Assembly: GCF_006345805.1 (NCBI RefSeq) | Contig: NC_043002.1 | Location: 60,078,001-60,142,000 of the forward strand | Source: Octopus sinensis | Taxonomy: Eukaryota | Direction of reading: 5' to 3' | Length of the DNA: 64,000 nt | Shown here: positions 13,360 to 26,345 of the stretch, piece after piece | Numbering within the stretch: the stretch's first letter is position 1 | Layout: each line of letters begins with the position of its first letter | Position numbers and translations under genes: made by a program | The notes under the pieces: generated by a model | What the model saw: the letters and a program-made list of their open reading frames with translations, nothing else | Database searches by the model: none | Told to the model about the DNA's origin: nothing

Positions 13360-16300
13360 TCTCTCTCTCTATGTATATAATATATCCACTTTCAATCTAT
13401 TACTTGTTTCAGTCATTTGACTGCGGCCATGCTGAAGCACCGCCTTTAGTCGATCAAATCAACCGTAGGACTTATTCTTTGTAAGCCTAGTACTTATTCT
13501 ACCGGTATACGCTATTAAGGTTATATTAACTTTAAATTGCTCAGAATCATTTCCGTAGTCGCCATTAAAAAGGATCAAGAAGAACGAAATACATGAGGCA
13601 GACTTGTTGGCTGCTGCTATGATGACATTTTACGCTTCTTGATAGTTGTTGTGATAAAACACAAATCGTCGTCCAGACATGCTATCTCAAGATGTATACT
13701 GCAGTAACCCGGATATCGATACTTTGCATGTATTAGGTATGCATCATAAATGCCTATTTTAATTATATATTGGTTTGAGGTCTAGGAGGAGTGAGTCAAT
13801 TACATGGACCCGGTGTTATACCGTTACTTACTTTATTTGACCCCGAAAGGAAGAAAGGTTTGGTCAACCTTGGCGGTATTTGAACGCTAGTTCGCTCTCT
13901 CGGTATTCTAAATTTCATTTAATATTGATTTAAATTTTGGCAGAAGGCCAGCAAATATGGAGAAGGGGGGCGATTAGATTGCTTCAACCCCGGTACTCAA
14001 CTGGTACTTATTTCATTGACCTCTAAGGGTATCAAAAACAAAGTCCATATTGGCGTAATTTGAACACTGAGCGTAAATACGGACGAGATGTCGCTAAGCA
14101 ATTTACCGGCTGCGTAACGATTCTGCCAACCCGCTACCTAAGGTTTCTAATTTTCATTGTTTTAATTAAATATTAGCTCAATTATGCACACCGCATTCAT
14201 AAACATTTCAATAGGAAGTTAATTACATTAATATGTAACCAATTACTAGATGAATGGTTAATGAGATACTTTAACTATTTACGAAACTTTATTACAAGTT
14301 AATTATTTTTAAGTATATTTCATCCCTTGTTTAATAGCGGAAGTTGTAATCTTAATGTTTGCTTGTTAGGTTTTACTAAACTATACTAATTACAATAATA
14401 ATACTTTGTGACAATGTAAGACAAAATTTTCGTTAAATGCAATTAGCAGTTTAAAAATATTCAGGAATTAAGATTTACTATTTCTGAGTCGGTTGAAAGG
14501 AAATCGTCATTACTATATCTGTAATTAGAACTAATTTATCGTTTGTTTCTTTTTTAATCTTTTTTTAAATGAGTGACATACTTAAATAATTAATGAGGAA
14601 AATAATTAGGAAAATGCATAAAATTTGTTTACTTGGGTTTTTTGTCACTTCTCAATGATCGTTGAAACGGTGTTCACCTACTTTCTACTACATTGCCAAC
14701 AGGAGTGACATATAATGTGATTTGTGAATCTCACCTTAGATTTCTGCGGCAAGGGAATTGGTGGAATGAAGGAGGCGTGTTTTAGTTTAGGATAGATTCG
14801 TTTCTTCTGCTTATATCTTTAATGTTTTATGATTAAATATGCATTTCAATTCCATTACGAAACAAACAAGTTAAGAGAAAAAAAAAACATCCATGTATAT
14901 GTATACACATGTATATATATATGTGTGTGTGTATGTGTGTATACGTATATAGCTATCTATCTATCCATTTATTTATCTATCTATCTATCTATATTGATGG
15001 TTGTATATACATATAGCTGCACACATAAATGAAAATATTTAACTCATATGCATAAAGGAGAAAATGCACACGGAATATATAGACTTATACATAGGCAATC
15101 TTGCTCATCATTCTGTATATACACTACTATTCCTATTCGAATATTTATCTCTTTCTTTCATGTTCTTTTCTCTCTCACTCTGTGTCTCTATGCGTGTGTC
15201 AACATACCACATGCGTATATACGTACATATGTAGTGGATTTGTGTTTTTACGAAAGAGAGGGAAGAAGAGAGAAAACAATCTACTGCCTTCAAACTAGAG
15301 ATTATTTCAAAATAGATTCTTAAAATACGCTTTATTGTTGGTATTTAAAGATTCGCCGTCGCTGCCCTACCACCAAACACTTTCTTACCCGGTTAGCATT
15401 GGTATTTTCAAAACTGGCGATGAACTAGACTCAGAGAATTGCGCTATGTATGTCTCATGTAGCTGGTTAGTGAGTGATGGTGTATTTATAGGTATTAACT
15501 TTGAACAACACTGCGTGAACTCACGTACACACAGAAAATTTTAAATCTTGTTTGACAAAGTTAAATAAAATATTAAGATTTGGGGTGTGTGAACTAGCTG
15601 TGTAGCGATGAGTGTTAAGAAAGAAAAATAAAATAACTTGTTAGTTGAGTCAAATTAAGGAAGTGTGACTCATATGTCTGGTTACCTTGTTTCCGTAGCA
15701 ATATAAGCTGGTACGTTCCTAGTGAAATTATTAATAGCGTTTCTGAGTGACTTTATAATTTCTAAAATTGCCGACGAATTTGTCGGTCGACAGTTCAGCT
15801 TAAAGTTGGAGGACTCTGACCGGATATTAAAGGGTTGGGAGTTCGATCCACATGGCTAGTTGCCGACAATCTTTTCTGCTCTTAGAGGGTTTTATCCTAT
15901 ATGTGCTGATCTGTCAGTATTTACGCGTTGAAAAATATAAATTTCTACATGCTTTATAAAAAAAAAAAAATGTTATATTAACGGAATGAACTGGTGAAAT
16001 TAGCATATAAGTGCGAAAACTATGCATTTTTTCTGCTTAGTGGCAGGGAGCAGCGATTAATAAGCTGTGTTGATCAAGGACATAACGGGTCACCGAGAAT
16101 CGAAATCACGACCTTAGATGTGAGCCGAGCACTCTAACTACCCGGCCACACGCTCTCACATGCAAATGAATATAGTATCTAACATTGCCCCTGAACGTAG
16201 CAACAATCCGGCGCAGGGTTACTCATTTACAGGTGAGTGGCTTGGGGAGAGGTGAGATGAAGTATTTTACTAACAAATACAATGCGGCGCTCGGCTCGCA

Positions 16301-16466
16301 ATAACAGCCACGATTTTGCTATCGTTTGTGCAATAGCTTGACCGCTCGGCCGTACTCCGCAAATAGTGTTAAAAAGGCACTTGTCTGGATGTGTAGTAAG
16401 AAGCTATTTCTCAACCATATGATTCCAGGATCATTCCCACTGCGTGACACCTTTGGCAAGTAATGA

Positions 16467-16541
16467 GTATAGTCTCGGGACGAACAAAGACATGGGTGGA
16501 TTTAGTACACATAACCTAAAAGAAGGCTGTCTTCTATATCC

Positions 16542-16616
<75 letters not shown>

Positions 16617-16928
16617 GGTGTGCATATAACTGCAAAACAAGGTGGGAAAATAGTACTCGAATATATATAATACTCTCTCTCTCTTTCCCTCTATTTAACC
16701 ATTTCACATCGTCTCTGATGAAGTGATATTTTTAATATTCCTTGCCTTTTTACATGTCCCTGTAAATTATGGCGCCAATTCAACCCCATCTACCGCCCCT
16801 TAATCCGTTCCCATCCCAAAATGATACAAAGAACTTTTTCGCATTTCAGCTTTATAGATATTGATAGTAAATGAGTGGAAATCGAACCGGTGAGTGTGTT
16901 TTATGTATGTATGTATGTATGTATATAT
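16467..16928 (+). repeat. Left arm of inverted duplication (Penelope-like 3-prime end)
   Basis: Reverse complement of 18189-18659 with about 5 substitutions plus microsatellite length changes. Confidence 0.9.
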
Positions 16929-16934
16929 GTATAT

Positions 16935-16975
<41 letters not shown>

Positions 16976-17135
16976 CATATATATTAATATGCATTCATAT
17001 ATATATATATACACTCATACATATGTTTGCTTTCATGTTCAGTTATAATAAAAATCAATTGCAGAGTGGAAGGTGTTTATAACCCATTTAAAATCACACA
17101 AAAAATATTAGATTCACTTCAACATTTCAATTTAA

Positions 17136-17186
17136 TTTGTCAATATATGTTCGTCGCTTTGAAACCGCTACCTGTTCACTGACAAA
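17136..17186 (-). ncRNA. Hammerhead-like motif with GUGAACA core, decayed copy
   Basis: tttgtca-GTGAACA-g...GAA...tgacaaa; same family as 25575-25885. Confidence 0.4.
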
Positions 17187-18188
17187 ATTCCGTGCTGCAT
17201 CATATAATAAAAATATTATTATATCATTCCGATGTATTGCTCTTTACTTTTCTACCACTACAAATTTATTAATTCAAAAGAAATAATGTAACAAGCACTT
17301 CCGACGCAGTAGCAAGTAACTCTGATTTATAAAAACTATTTAGTATAATTCATAGTATATTTGGAAAACGAAGTACCACGTACCTACAGACCTTTGCCAT
17401 TATTAATTGTCTTAAGTCTATCAGTGGCAGTGACATAGGCGTATTCTGTATTTTTCCATAAATAAATTTTCTTTATTTAAACGTCCTTCTACAGAAATTG
17501 TTTCTTTTGTCTGGTACATGGGGAAAACTGTGAGGTGTGCGCATCTCTTTACATATTCACTCAAACTAATCTCTCTGTTGTGTGATAAAAAAGATGTGTT
17601 CCTTGTGTAGCGCTATACTTGTCTGTCCACAACCTGATCAAGTTATAACATAAATTAGATTTTCGGAGGCACAAGTGAAGTTGATTTTAATTGTGTACAT
17701 CTCTCTGTGTTTGAATAGAAACTGCAAGCCTTGCTGCAGCTTGAGGTATGTTCCAAATTTGGGCATTTATATTTTTTAACCATTGGTTTCGTGGTTATGT
17801 AAAACTTCGCATTTGTCAGAAGTTTTTTCAGCGATTTGTGTTGCTTGTTGCATTTAATGAATTTATGCTTTCAGAATTTTGTTCATTTTTGGATCCCAAG
17901 TGAGTATACGTAGATTTTGTACAATAGTGTTGAGAGCCTCAATGTTTCTAGGGTTGTATGTTAATTATATATTATATATTACATATTATATATACATATT
18001 ATATATCATTTGACTGCGGCCATGTTTGAGCACCGCCTTTAGTCAAACAAATTGACTCAGGACTTATTCTTTGTACGCCTAGTACTTATTCTGTCAGTCT
18101 ATTTTCCCGAACAGCTATGTTACGGGACGTAAACACTGCAACATGGGTTGTCAAGCGATGGTAGGGGTCAAGCACAAACACACACGAA

Positions 18189-18505
18189 TATATACATACA
18201 TACATACATACATACATAAAACACACTCACCGGTTCGATTTCCGCTCATTTACTATCAATATCTATAAAGCTGAAATGCGAAAAAGTTCTTTGTATCATT
18301 TTGGGATGGGAACGGATTAAGGGGCGGTAGATGGGGTTGAATTGGCGCCATAATTTACAGGGACATGTAAAAAGGCGAGGAATATTAAAAATATCACTTC
18401 ATCAGAGACGATGTGAGATGGTTAAATAGAGGGAAAGAGAGAGAGAGAGTATTATATATATTCGAGTACTATTTTCCCATCTTGTTTTGCAGTTATATGC
18501 ACACC

Positions 18506-18584
<79 letters not shown>

Positions 18585-18659
18585 GGATATAGAAGACAGC
18601 CTTCTTTTAGGTTATGTGTACTAAATCCACCCATGTCTTTGTTCGTCCCGGGACTATAC
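18189..18659 (-). repeat. Right arm of inverted duplication
   Basis: Reverse complement of 16467-16928. Confidence 0.9.
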
Positions 18660-18665
18660 ACACAT

Positions 18666-18717
<52 letters not shown>

Positions 18718-18756
18718 GTAAGTATGTATACATATATATATATATTTATATATATG

Positions 18757-18796
<40 letters not shown>

Positions 18797-18935
18797 TATT
18801 ATATATATATATATATATATGACGGGCTTCTTTCAGTTTCCGTCTACCAAATGAACCCATAAGGCTTCGGTCGGTCCGAGGCAATAGTAGACACTTGCCC
18901 AAGGAACCCTGAACCATGTGGTTTGGAAGCAAGCT

Positions 18936-20375
18936 TCTTTATTTCACGAAAATTGGCCGTAAAGGCTTTACACCAAGGAGACAGCACAAAGTGGGGGACC
19001 AAAATGCAAAACGAATGGAATGAATGAAATTGTATAATAAAAGATGAAATAAAATCGCTCGGCCCCACCTCCGAGCGACTCCATTGAACCTGTTAATACA
19101 ATCTTTTTATTTTCAAACTAGTTTATAATGCTTTTTTGTTTCTTTTTAGCGACAGCTAATTACTATCCTTCCAAAGAATGTTTACATTATATCTTTCTTA
19201 AATATCTTGAAAACTTACTTCTATCGCCATGTCCAATATCTTGAACCACGACATATAGTCTTGATTTACCTCATGGTCCTTCAATTCCGCCATATATTCT
19301 GGGTCTACCACTACACAACGAACGTACTCGGGCACACTTTCACTCCTCGTACATCCACTTTTATAGCCTTGTCCCACAAGTCTATTTTGTTAAACAGTTC
19401 TTCATTTTTTCCATTGTACAATATGTTTTTTCAAGGTCGAGGGTAGGGAAATTTGGGCCTTCTGTGTGCTTGTTTGTCTTCATGTCTGGTGGAGCAGGGA
19501 GAGAGTGGTTGGGATAAAGTTAGGTGTGGGTGGGTGTCAGGTGAGTGTGGGTTGGGGTAATCCTTCACCTCGTGTGTCCTTTTCCTCGTCTTCCTGCTCT
19601 TTTTCTTCACCATTTCCCATGTCAAAGTTGTGTTCCTCCCACTTCCTATGGGGTGTTTTGGTGGCATGTAGGACCATCACATTGTCCTCCGTTCCAAGTT
19701 GTATAGCACCCCCTCTGGGCGTATTTTACCCTCTCTAACCTTGGAAGCACGTCTCCCAACCTATACGGGTAGAAGAACTACTTCTTTCGCTTTCAGCTGT
19801 GTTGCCAAGTGCAGCCAGGCGGTAGCTACATTTTCAAACTGGACCTGTATCATTCCAAACTTTTTTTTTACCTCTGGCAAGGTACAAAATCCCTTCCCAG
19901 ACTGGTCTTAATGCCTTTTCTATCTGTACTGTAGACATGTTCCCAATTTTTCCAGCTGACACCGAGTACGTCCAATAAACTACCATTCTTTCCGCCGTTT
20001 TCTTTTAGACTTCTTCGGAAGGGGTAACACATTGACTTTGTTCCCCTCACTTTCAGCATTCCCTTATACATGCTTACCTCTTCCAGTCTTATGTCTTCGT
20101 AATTTTCTTCTGTCAGTTCAGCATAAATTCTTTCTTCCATAGACTTGTCTATTTTCTTCAGGCACGCTACCATTTCTTCCTCAGACGACACATAGTGCAA
20201 GGACCGGCAGGTTTCAAAGTTTCACACAGAACAACTTAAACTTTCATAACTCCTCACTCGATCCCTCTCCATCACACAAGAGGAAAAATGTCGCACAGCC
20301 AAAAAAAAAAAAAAACTCACACAAATCACACGTCAATCTCACACAAATCCCACGAAACCTGAATCACGGTAAACC
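18936..20375 (-). mobile_element. 1.44-kb non-autonomous LINE-like element (L1/Tx1-like ORF1 remnant) inserted in a SINE-B head
   Basis: TSD ggaagcaagct at 18925-18935 and 20376-20386; interrupted SINE head at 20387-20412 and body at 18820-18924; AATAAA near the 3-prime end; broken ORF including 19868-20200. Confidence 0.65.
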
Positions 20376-21599
20376 GGAAGCAAGCTGCTCACCACACAGC
20401 CACGCCTGTGCCTATATGTATATGTTTATGACATATTTTAACCCCCAATCAGTATTCTCAAACATCGATGTTTCTAGTTCTTTGGCCGAAATCAATAGGA
20501 CATATCTTAGAGAGGCAACTTTAGACAGACTTATCAAAGCGTAGCTTTAGCTAAAATATAGTAAAAAAACATTGACTGATTTGCGCCAGTAGACCGCCCA
20601 GGTCGTGGAAATTACCGTAATATCAGCATCTACCGTGGATAACTGTTAAAGAATTAGAAGCATCGATATGTGGGAATCCTCAAGGGGGCGACACTGAACA
20701 GATATGGTGTTTTCACAGCTTTTAACCATAAGAGAAAAATTTTCTCCTTGGTAGCTGTAATGAATTTGTCTTTTAGCAGTTTAAATATGTCACAAACATG
20801 TTTTAACAAACCCAAACTTTGCTACGTCTATTTGGAACCAACCCTCCGTGATAAGCGACGACAGATGTATACCAAATATTACATTATGATATCTATATTA
20901 CCATTTTATAAGACGGCAGGATGTGATTAGAGTGAAGTATACTTTCCATTTACAGTAAGCCGACCGACCACCTACAATCTTCCTCGTCCCGAATAATAGT
21001 TTAAGTGTTACAACTATTATATAAACACAAGCCGTCTGCATCCGATTCTAACCAAGTTCTTCTTATCCTCCTGTCTTTTGTTTAAAACTAATTATTTGTT
21101 CCCATTTTTATCTCAATCTCTTTGCGAAAAAGTGTCTGATCAAAATCTATTGATATGCCAACGAAAAGCTATTTTTCAAACCAATATTCAATTATAATGT
21201 TTGTGCACACTGTCTTAATTACGCTATTACTTTCAAAAGCTAAGTCTAATATTACATTTAATAGGCGATTGTAAGAGATAACTGTGCTTGAATATTCCAA
21301 GTATTTATTGCTTAAACTACATATTTTAAACTATATCGTGTATGTGATTTGCTAATAGTTTTACGAACGAAAACCTAAGTTCTCCATCCGTACGGAATTG
21401 TTTAGAATCTTCTTTATCTTGAACACATTTCAGTTACTGCACCAATTAATCTATAACAGGTTTCTCGTTTGTCTGCGAGTGATAGTAACTCTAGTGAATT
21501 TATCAAACTTCAAGGAGTGTGGCAACGGTAGTGTTACTAACCACAAATATATATGCAATAAAATATATTGAAATTTGCCGAAATAAATAAATAACATAT

Positions 21600-21972
21600 A
21601 GGCGCAGAGGCGGGTGTATGGTAACAAGCTTGCTTCCCAGCCACACGACTTCGGGCTCAATCTGAATGAGTGGAACTTTGGGTAATTGTCTTCAACTATA
21701 GCCTTGAGCCAATCACAGCCTTGTGAGTGGGTTTAGAAAATAGAAACTGGCAGAAGCCCGTCGAATGTGTACACACACATGTGTGAGTATATGTATGTGT
21801 TTCAGTGTCTGTGTGATTGCGTTTGTGTCCCACCATTGCTTCGAAAGCGGTGTTTCTTTGTTTACGTCCCCGAAACTTGGTGATTCGACATAGAATAAGT
21901 TACAAGTTTAAAAAGAAGTAATGGTATCGATTGTGTTGCCCCAGCATTGCCACAGACGAATAACGGAAACAT
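21600..21972 (+). mobile_element. tRNA-derived SINE family B (CORE-like); other copies or fragments at 7915-8500, 13399-13505, 18006-18185, 24893-25045, 29410-29776, 46245-46925
   Basis: Head ggcgcagg.gtggctg.gtggtaag..gcttgcttccc; ccttgggcaagtgtc core; tail ggcggtgctccagcatggccgcagtc. Confidence 0.8.
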
Positions 21973-22124
21973 GTTGAAAAATATTATTTACATATAAAAT
22001 GTTTCGATTTTCAGAATTGGAAAAAAATATTATTTAACGTATCACTTGCATTACGAGCAGGTGAGGCTGCGTGGTAAGAGGTTTGCTTCCCAAACACATG
22101 ATTCCGAATTCAGTCCCACTGTTC

Positions 22125-22469
22125 AATATTGTCATTTTCTCGGTAGTATTGGAAACATATAAACAACTCGTACACTTGTGTACGGCTCATATACTCCTCA
22201 CCATACACTTTTTGCAAAATTGTGTAGGCCTCTCAGCAGGTATCGCCATGACAAATTTCTCTGTCATGGTCAATGCGATGATCACACGCTACACACCTTC
22301 CTTCCAAGCACTGCTGTAAATAGCGGAAGTGATCTAGAACGTTAAAACTTAATGCGCATGCACACCAGAGCTACAGAACAATCTGTGCCAAGCGGCTTCA
22401 CTCTCCGTGCTTTAGCTTCGTTACTATAGCAACAGTCCGGATACTTATTGATGAGACTTGTATGTATGT
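22125..22469 (-). mobile_element. Mariner 5-prime fragment (TIR plus transposase N-terminus)
   Basis: Terminus tacaag...tcaataagtatccggact; frameshifted MTEK...LQKVYGEEYMSRTQVYE helix-turn-helix region. Confidence 0.7.
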
Positions 22470-22470
22470 G

Positions 22471-22509
<39 letters not shown>

Positions 22510-22510
<1 letters not shown>

Positions 22511-23740
22511 GGCCTTTGCAAGGGCCTTTGATAAAGTAGATCATGGAATGATGTCACAAACTGTGTGATCTTGGCATAGTTGGAAAATTGGGAGAATGGC
22601 TTCATGACTTTCTGAAGGATAGAAGCCACCACTTCCATTAGCACGCAAATAATGAGCGGTGTTTCGCAAGGCACTGTTTTGGGACCACTACTGTTCATAA
22701 TGGCTCTCTCAGACATGCCCTCAGCTACGCAGAGAGCCACGATCACAAGTTATGCAGATGATACAAAAGTTTCACAAGCAATACAGAACCTTGAAGACAT
22801 TATGCACCTGCAATGTGAGCTGGACAAAATATATAAGTGGGCTGAAGAGAATAGCATGCAGTTCAATGCTGAAAAGTTTCAAGCTTTATGCTATTAGCGT
22901 GCAAAACTAAATGCAATATCCAATAAATACACTGGACCTGGAGGGATTGCAATCCCAGAGGCACAATCAGTGCGAGACCAGGGTATTTACATGAGTGATG
23001 ATGCAACTTTTCATGTGCATGTTGCTAAATTGACAATGAAATGTCGGCGGCTGACCGGATGGATTCTTAGAACCTTTAGAACAAGAGACCAAGAAACCAT
23101 GATGGTCCTCTGGAGGGCACTTGTCCTACGCCACTTTGACTATTGCTTTCAGCTATGGTCACCATCCAGTGTCAAGTTAATCACAGAACTTGAGGCAATC
23201 CAACGAAGCTACACGAAGAAGACAGCCTCTGTGCAGCATATAAGCTACTGGGAAAGACTCAAGAGATTAAGACTCTATTCTTTAGAGCGTAGGCGAGAAA
23301 GATATGCCGTAATATACATCTGGAAGATCCTAGAAGGACTTGTCCCAAACTTTGGCATCGAGAGTTACACAAATGCTAGAACTGGGCGCCACTGCATAGT
23401 GCCAAGGACTCCAAATTTGCCATCAAGATGTAGGACCAGATACTGTTATAGCCTGGGCTTCAGAGGCCCACAACTCTTCAATACCCTCCCGAAGAAACCG
23501 AGAGACCTGCATGGGGTGGATGCAGATGTCTTTAAAATAAAACTGGATCTCTTCCTGTCAGGTGTCCCAGATGAACCAACTTCATGGCAGGAGGTGCAGA
23601 TGAGGGCAGCTGCATCAAACTCTCTCATACACCAAATGGCAGTTGCTAAACAGCATTCGTGAAGTAAAACCATGTAGCAACACCAAATGGCGGTGCTCCA
23701 GCATGGCCACAGCTCGTGAGCTGAAACTAGATAAAAAAAA
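22510..23740 (+). mobile_element. 5-prime-truncated CR1-group LINE (RT and C-terminus, one premature stop at 22895-22897)
   Basis: AFDKVDH, SGVSQGTVLGPLLF, YADD, DYCFQLWSP, LYSLERRRERY; ORFs 22652-22897 and 22970-23662 are in the same frame; A-rich tail. Confidence 0.92.
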
Positions 23741-24319
23741 TACACACACATATATATACAACGTATATCTCTCAGTTTCCACTCACATGGCTTTCTTCGG
23801 CCCGAGTCTATATTTAAAAAAGCAACTGGCCAAAATAGCACGACTGTAGGACTGGACGCGGGGCCATTTGGTTCAAAAGCGTCCTCCTTACCAGAAAACC
23901 ATACTGGCGCTTGAATGCATATATAAATACACATGTATATATGTACATGATATACTTACATGTGTGTGTGTGTTTGTGCGCGCGTTCGTTACATGGTTAA
24001 TGTAAGTACGTTGTGACAGAGAAATTAAAATGCGAGATTGGTCCCGGATTTACAGCCACTTTTGAGCTTGCTATTTTCAAAAGCACAAGTATATCAGAAG
24101 CTGAGAAAAATTGTATTTCTGCTTCTTTGAGCTTCTTCATTACGATATATACACTGACAACCCTTTACTGAAACAATATTTGCCGTGACTGATATTGGAG
24201 AAGAGTGAGTGAAAAAATCATTGGTGTTGCAATTAACCACCCGTCTAAAGAAAAAATCCGACTTTTATTCCAAAGCCTTTTACGAATGATAGATATCCTT
24301 CTGCCATTCCGCCTTCTCC

Positions 24320-24465
24320 GAATCATCATCATTGCCATCATCACCATCATCATCATCATCATCATTACATCATCATCATCTTCATCATCTTCGTCGTTGT
24401 CGTCGGTGGCGGCGTCTACATCATCGTCATCGTCGTCATCGTCATCATCATCACCATCATCAGCC
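24320..24465. repeat. (ATC)/(GTC) microsatellite
   Basis: Direct reading. Confidence 0.9.
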
Positions 24466-25073
24466 TTATCATTTTCATCGCTGATGCTCAGGAGCGTCAT
24501 TTCATTAAAGAGAAATTTGTCTTCATAATCTGCTGTAATAAGAGAACGGTTTCTGATCACCTGCTCTGATCAATCAATGTTGGCTATAATTAGTTAACTA
24601 AAACTAATCACGTGATCATTAATTAAAAATTATCTCAAGATTCTTGTCACTTATACACTCAGTCTCCATGCGCCTCTATTTTTCTCTCTCCCTCTCAATC
24701 TTTCTCTTTCTCTCTCTATCTCTCTCTGTCTATTTATTACACATACACACTAAAAAAATACATTTACACCAGGATTGCTAAGGTGGTGTATATCTACGCT
24801 GACAATCGTAAACACAAAACAAACTGATCCACGCACTGTAGCTAATGATTTCCATTTTAAAGTAAGAATTGTATATTTTTCTTATTCGTATTAGGCGCAG
24901 ACGTGGCTGAGCGGTAAGAAGTCTCTTTCCAAACAACATGTTTCTCAACTCCATTCAAATGCGTGGTACATTGGGCAAGTGGCCGATACTATAGCCTCAG
25001 GACGACCAAAGCCTTGTGAGTGGATTTCTTTGACAGAAACATATATACATACATACATACATACATATATACA

Positions 25074-25107
<34 letters not shown>

Positions 25108-25203
25108 CATCCATACATACATACATACATACATACAAACATACATACATATATAAAGATCGTTTGCCACTACACACAGTCTTTTGTTGTTTTCGTAAAC
25201 TTT

Positions 25204-25291
<88 letters not shown>

Positions 25292-25477
25292 CCGGAGGTA
25301 GAGTAGTATTCTTTATTAATAATGCTGCAAAAACATCACAAAAACGTTACTCAGAACCTTCCCGTTCGCGTTCGTCGGGCAGATCTGATTGAGATTTTCG
25401 GACGGTAACGTGGACGTGGAATCCTGGGTAGCAGTTTCTGTGATGTCTTTTAAGCTTTATTAGTAAAGTATAAATAC

Positions 25478-25519
<42 letters not shown>

Positions 25520-25522
<3 letters not shown>

Positions 25523-25881
25523 AATGTACCTGCATAGCAAGTGATTTGATCTGAGATCGTGTGCTGAAACGAAAACTATTGCAGCGTGGAAGGTGTTTGT
25601 AAGCCATTTAAGAAACACACAAAAGCCGTTCGATTCACTTCAACATTTAAGTTTAATTTGTCAAAATATTTTCGTCGCTTTAAGACCGCGACCTATTCAC
25701 TGACAAAAATCCGTGCTGCATCTGAGAAAGTAACGAACTAACTGTTACTTTCTCAGATGCAGTGAACAGGTCGCGGTCTTAAAGGTACGAAAATGTTTTG
25801 ACAAATTAAACTTAAATGCTGAAGTGAATCGAACGGCTTTTGTGTGTTTCTTAAATGGCTTACACACACCTTCCACGCTGC

Positions 25882-25886
<5 letters not shown>
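25520..25886. mobile_element. Fold-back Penelope-type element, (TA)n-flanked
   Basis: Arms of about 130-150 bp around tgcatctgagaaagtaac-gaactaact-gttactttctcagatgca; related to 17048-17200. Confidence 0.8.
25657..25707 (-). ncRNA. Type I hammerhead-like motif, G3 core variant
   Basis: tttgtca-GTGAATA-g-gtcgc/gcgac-GAA-AATATT-T-tgacaaa; mirrored copy with GTGAACA at 25758-25805 on +. Confidence 0.5.
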
Positions 25887-25960
<74 letters not shown>

Positions 25961-25961
<1 letters not shown>

Positions 25962-26285
25962 TGAATTGAAGAAATGGAGTTGAACGAAGATTGATTCCTA
26001 TTTCTTCCTGAAGAGAAAGACACAATATGGTCTCCTTATTCAATCGGAATTTGGTAAATTGTGGCTTTCGAAACACGTGTAGAATGCAATAAAAGGATTT
26101 CTGTTCAATCTTCGTTCAACTCCATTTCTTCAATTCACTAATAATATTAAAATTCAATTATCCGCACTAACGCACGGTTGCAACACCATATGGTTGTACC
26201 TCCAACCGCGCTTTCTTCTGCTGTGATTTTTGCTACCAAGGTATCGGTTAAACTTTTGATTAATCTGCAACAAGATTATTCATCT

Positions 26286-26288
<3 letters not shown>
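25961..26288 (+). mobile_element. Mini Penelope-type element: 34-bp inverted arms enclosing a hammerhead, plus tail
   Basis: Arms 25961-25994 and 26105-26138; aatggagttgaacgaagat and tail motif tttgctacc...ggtatcggtt shared with the 58947 and 59584 elements. Confidence 0.75.
25995..26097 (+). ncRNA. Type I hammerhead ribozyme candidate
   Basis: ttc-CTGAAGA(26008)-gaaag...ctttc-GAA-ACACGTGT-A-gaa. Confidence 0.65.

Positions 26289-26345
<57 letters not shown>

Noticed and set aside
15350-15466. Candidate exon DSPSLPY...ENCAMYVSCSW, vaguely C-type-lectin-like
   Set aside because: Weak acceptor, only a three-residue resemblance, no companion exons.
20678-20692. CTCF-like motif cctcaagggggcgac
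   Set aside because: A single imperfect match in 64 kb is not significant without chromatin data.
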